Virus record (IMG/VR): IMGVR_UViG_3300013125_000002
DNA length: 64,000 bases
Source: a virus
Reading direction: 5' to 3' (one strand)
Below are positions 62,901 through 64,000 of the stretch, piece after piece. The notes beneath the pieces were generated by a model, which ran no database searches, was not told the origin of the DNA, and worked only from the letters and a program-made list of their open reading frames with translations. A program made the translations under genes and the position numbers. Positions within the stretch are counted from its first letter, which is position 1. Each line of letters opens with the position of its first letter.

Positions 62901-63522
62901 CGCACTCCTCCGCCGTTGTATCGATCACAAGTTCAGGCACAGGATCAGCGGGTGGAGAGAGCTTGGCCTTGAGGATAGCCATGGCCACGAGCGCTTGAGC
63001 CTCTGGGCTCCAGTGTTCAATGGCATCAGTTCGCACTGTGACATCGACCTTGTGTGGCTCTTTGCTCACGAGCCCAATGTCAGTCAGCAGTTTGATCTGG
63101 TTGTTGCGAGCATTCTGGATCACATCCAAGAACTGCCGACGCTGCACAGAACCCTTGTCAGCATCGTGGTAGTCCTGCCAGGCTCGCAATTCGACCTCCT
63201 CGAATACCGAGAGGCTTTCTCCAATCATCTGGGCGTGCTCAAACCCAGATACCCGACGCTTGTTCTCTTCGCGAATTGCCTCAAGATCACGTTTGATGGT
63301 CATGTGACCAACGTTGAGGATCTTCGCAATAGAACGGTAGCCCAAACCACGTAGACGTAAGCGGGCGACTTGTTTTCGACGGTCTTCGATCTCTTCCTTG
63401 GACGCTTTTGCAGGTGGCCTGAGCTTGGCGGGTCGGCGTCTTGGGATCAGCACAGGGGGCAAGGGTGTTGTGTTGGCCTGTTGAACCATAGCTTTCATTG
63501 GAGTTCTGGCCATTTGGAGCAC
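62824..63522 (-). CDS. HTH protein, candidate terminase small subunit
   Basis: RRKQVARLRLRGLGYRSIAKILNVGHMTIKRDL followed by a helical hairpin and KVDV tail. Confidence 0.55.
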   Translation of the reverse strand: MLQMARTPMKAMVQQANTTPLPPVLIPRRRPAKLRPPAKASKEEIEDRRKQVARLRLRGLGYRSIAKILNVGHMTIKRDLEAIREENKRRVSGFEHAQMIGESLSVFEEVELRAWQDYHDADKGSVQRRQFLDVIQNARNNQIKLLTDIGLVSKEPHKVDVTVRTDAIEHWSPEAQALVAMAILKAKLSPPADPVPELVIDTTAEECDAQGVTPDMGVNSSSEHEPSSSEAS

Positions 63523-63588
63523 TACCCTTGCGTTACAGGTGTACCATTAGTTCCAGCTATACACGAGTTGGACTTGGTACGTCAAGCG

Positions 63589-63840
63589 TCATGTCGGAGG
63601 AAGTGTATGGAATCGACAGGCGATGCTCGATGCCAAACAGTGGATCTCGATCTCTGTGAGCACACTCACGTGGCGAGCACACCACTCCCCCCGGAAGAAT
63701 GAACAAGTGCCACAGACCCGACCCTTTGCTTCCTTGATGATCCCTTCTGCTGCCTTTTGTAGAAGAGCCATGAACTTCTTGTGGGCATCAGATGCAGGCC
63801 CTACGACAAAAGAGGTTTTGCGCGCCATACAGATCACCAC
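63589..63840 (-). CDS. Cys-rich hypothetical protein
   Basis: CGTCSFF..WC..AC.F. Confidence 0.5.
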   Translation of the reverse strand: MVICMARKTSFVVGPASDAHKKFMALLQKAAEGIIKEAKGRVCGTCSFFRGEWCARHVSVLTEIEIHCLASSIACRFHTLPPT

Positions 63841-64000
63841 GAGAGGTCGTCATCCCCGTGAATCTCGCATGCCTTGGCTTTGCGTAGTTCCTCCAGCTCA
63901 GCCTGAATAGCAGGATCTTCGTAGACACTGCGAGAGAGTGAATCCACTCCTGTGTTCTTCTCCCGTGGGATCCATTTGAATGTGACCGACTTGCCGAACT
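63834..64000 (-). CDS. RNase HI-like protein, C-terminal fragment
   Basis: VTFKWIPREKNTGVDSLSR matches the RNase H C-terminal motif. Confidence 0.7.
   Translation of the reverse strand, partial: FGKSVTFKWIPREKNTGVDSLSRSVYEDPAIQAELEELRKAKACEIHGDDDLSW

Noticed and set aside
1-64000. Long plus-strand ORFs (e.g. 7030..8268, 13349..14512, 28173..28943)
   Set aside because: Antisense shadows of well-supported minus-strand genes.
1-64000. Genome-wide stop-codon reassignment
   Set aside because: Genes are long and tightly packed in the standard code using all three stops; no suppressor tRNA found.

Overview
64 kb of a large tailed bacteriophage genome (about 55% GC by eye, standard genetic code), transcribed almost entirely from the minus strand. 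Right to left: (i) 64000-58200: RNase H fragment, HTH/small-terminase-like gene and small hypothetical genes; (ii) 58200-55700: largely non-coding region with an AT-rich core, phased repeats and a strand-skew flip (candidate origin or pac); (iii) 55700-50600: small genes including a minimal nucleotidyltransferase; (iv) 50600-41670: a ~9 kb RNA operon with 46 tRNA genes covering all 20 amino acids, six Y-RNA-like genes, Ro60/TROVE, two HNH genes and several orphan structured RNAs; (v) 41600-35000: deoxynucleoside kinase, KTSC protein and a 59-aa Bd0055-type histone missed by the ORF track; (vi) 35000-1: Herelleviridae-like head module (portal, MuF, prohead protease, scaffold, major capsid), candidate internal head proteins (sigma-TopoIB-InPase polyprotein, SF2 helicase, ferritin-like) sharing a hydrophobic-x-K-(S/A/G) motif, and two giant LamG fibre paralogues. 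The top finding is at the head of the tRNA operon: a 50-codon leader ORF containing all 20 amino acids (40 distinct codons) whose last codons are complementary to the 5' arm of the intrinsic terminator just before the first tRNA. This looks like a pan-tRNA-sensing ribosome-stalling attenuator that would switch the tRNA/Y RNA/Ro60 operon on when a host tRNA becomes limiting. All calls are by eye; no database searches were run.
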